From Fimbriosthenelais zetlandica (taxonomy: Eukaryota): 64,000 nucleotides of DNA. Below the pieces are notes generated by a model. The model searched no databases. It had not been told where the DNA came from and saw only the letters and a program-made list of their open reading frames with translations. Every line of letters starts with the position of its first letter. Within the stretch, counting starts at the first letter, position 1. The stretch lies in contig OZ365109.1 of assembly GCA_977030845.1 (NCBI GenBank), positions 15,934,001 to 15,998,000 on the forward strand, in the 5' to 3' direction. Of this stretch, positions 63,801-64,000 are shown one piece after another. The position numbers were made by a program, and so were the translations under genes.

Positions 63801-63924
63801 AGTGCCATCTTTGCAAAACCACAGGATTTTATGGAGAAGATGAGGCTGTGGCGACCCAAGATACTCATCCAGAACTGGTGGTATGAATTCACATCACTAA
63901 GGACTTTTACGTGAAAACCCTCAG
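42861..63924 (-). CDS. Giant type-I membrane protein: at least 15 tandem FAMeT-like (Methyltransf_FA) modules + PAN/apple-like module + Thr-rich stalk + TM + NPxY tail; 5' end beyond the right edge
   Basis: Repeated module signature (F.V+AC..A.+.L / YE+.+G / TP.+L.C / FW+SW / +G.G / G.W.F) in exon sets at ~44.4-45.1, 45.3-45.9, 46.1-47.2, 47.8-48.3, 48.5-49.4, 49.5-50.1, 50.5-51.6, 52.0-53.1, 53.3-53.9, 54.0-54.9, 55.5-56.2, 56.4-60.8, 61.0-61.6, 62.3-63.1 and 63.3-63.9 kb. Cys-rich PAN-like exon 62254-62009. Stalk exon 43975-43802 (PTTTTTTTSTSTT..). Final exon 43072-42861 has TM VVGIVFGGLVAALLIVFVVLFILV and tail HTNPAY..ALT*. Some internal exon boundaries were not fully resolved. Confidence 0.85.
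46651..46900 (+). mobile_element. Family A element, left arm only (copy 3)
   Basis: ttagggatgccaagcacttggtatacagttattttcctag.. matches copies 1 and 2 over ~200 bp. Confidence 0.7.
48860..49174. repeat. Minisatellite, ~7 copies of a ~47-bp unit (intron of the FAMeT-repeat gene)
   Basis: Unit aattggaggg(c/t)gata(c/g)ccacataaatgtcctaccacaatagaattg; cores at ~48870, 48920, 48966, 49013, 49062, 49108 and 49153. Confidence 0.9.
49514..49540. repeat. (TA)n microsatellite
   Basis: Direct read of tatatata... at an exon-intron boundary. Confidence 0.9.
50236..50453. mobile_element. MITE family B copy 2
   Basis: taaagccagggctccactgctgcgattttg / caaaatcgcagtgctcagtggtgagcaggctttaa; homologous to 28685-28905. 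Confidence 0.75.
51101..51322. mobile_element. MITE with ~66-bp TIRs
   Basis: gttgtacaagaaaatcgtcgatggcgatggaccggcgagggtgccctcg.. versus the reverse complement of ..cgagggtaccctcgccgattcctcgccatcgacgattttattgtacaac. Confidence 0.8.
51686..51942. mobile_element. Inverted-repeat element with YY1-like CAAGATGGCGGC in both arms and an internal CCTAACCCTAA-like tract
   Basis: actttaggggccc..tccaagatggcggcc..aagtctcgtgag versus ctcgcgagacttggccgccatcttggatcgggcccctaaagt; internal taacctaaccctaaacttcaccctaacctaacccctaaa. Confidence 0.75.
52235..52573. mobile_element. MITE with ~23-bp TIRs and dense internal CGACA/TGTCG motifs
   Basis: ggtgcgtttctactgcggcgaca / tgtcgccgcagtagagtttcacc. The interior is GC-rich with many CGACA words, which produces the spurious ORFs at 52115-52595. 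Confidence 0.75.
54524..54687. mobile_element. Short MITE of the CAGGGGCGGATCCAGGA type with an internal G-tract and CCTAAC repeats
   Basis: Left cagccgcggatttaggg, right aaatcctggatccgcccctg; poly-G at ~54542-54565. Confidence 0.6.
55010..55413. mobile_element. Family A element, long foldback copy (copy 4)
   Basis: The right arm (..ctaaggtcagaactacctaggaaaataac..acaagtgcctgacatccc) is the reverse complement of the family A left arm. Internal inverted pairs are present (ttagccaatcaga / ctgattggctaa; agcaagtatga / tcatacttgct). Confidence 0.75.
60380..60532. repeat. Hairpin element containing a 30-bp unit repeated ~3 times
   Basis: ctcgggcaggtctgggtaggtaagtccccggtatg pairs with cataccagggacataccccacccagacctgccctcgg; unit accagggacctaccaccacccagacctcat x3. 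Confidence 0.75.
61671..61887. mobile_element. MITE with ~45-bp TIRs
   Basis: aggggccatgtcaaatgttttttttctccaaatttaagtcctttaa versus ttaaaggacttaaatttagaaaaaaattgagatggcccct. Confidence 0.8.
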
Positions 63925-64000
63925 CTGAATACCAGCATCAGAAAAGGATGAAGAAGAAAACAATTAACATGTGTTTGGGACTTGGTTGTAAGTAAAATTT

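Noticed and set aside
42861-63924. Calling the FAMeT-repeat gene a methyltransferase or CPAMD8
   Set aside because: No SAM-binding motif and no alpha-2-macroglobulin or thioester domains are visible, and the topology is extracellular.
1-64000. tRNA, rRNA, snRNA genes or autonomous transposase/RT ORFs
   Set aside because: None recognised by eye; tRNAscan-SE, Infernal and RepeatMasker would be needed to exclude them.

Overview
AT-rich, intron-dense eukaryotic DNA from a marine invertebrate (lophotrochozoan or ambulacrarian by gene content; species not determinable from sequence). Most short ORFs in the supplied track are either exon fragments or noise, so genes were rebuilt by hand from GT-AG junctions. 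From left to right: (1) 5' part of a neuropathy target esterase/swiss cheese gene (PNPLA6/7, minus strand, runs off the left edge); (2) prefoldin 6 (plus strand, head-to-head with it); (3) a coiled-coil protein whose CDS is a single exon (minus); (4) a two-exon orphan secreted protein (plus); (5) a single-exon type-I receptor with the unusual architecture signal peptide - Cys-rich N-domain - Frizzled CRD - sushi/CCP - TM - TIR (plus); (6) tail-to-tail with it, a three-exon death-domain-like - DUF4062 - NACHT STAND ATPase lacking the WD40 repeats of NWD1/2 (minus); (7) CYP39A1-like P450 (13 exons, minus); (8) SWEET/SLC50A1 sugar transporter (minus); (9) a >21-kb minus-strand gene, running off the right edge, encoding at least 15 tandem FAMeT-like (Methyltransf_FA) modules, a PAN/apple-like module, a mucin stalk, a TM helix and an NPxY tail. 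Introns and spacers carry many non-autonomous inverted-repeat elements, two minisatellites and a strongly over-represented TAGGCCTA palindrome. The best candidates for something undescribed are the Fz-CCP-TIR receptor/NACHT pair and the giant FAMeT-repeat receptor. All domain calls come from motif recognition by eye, not database searches.
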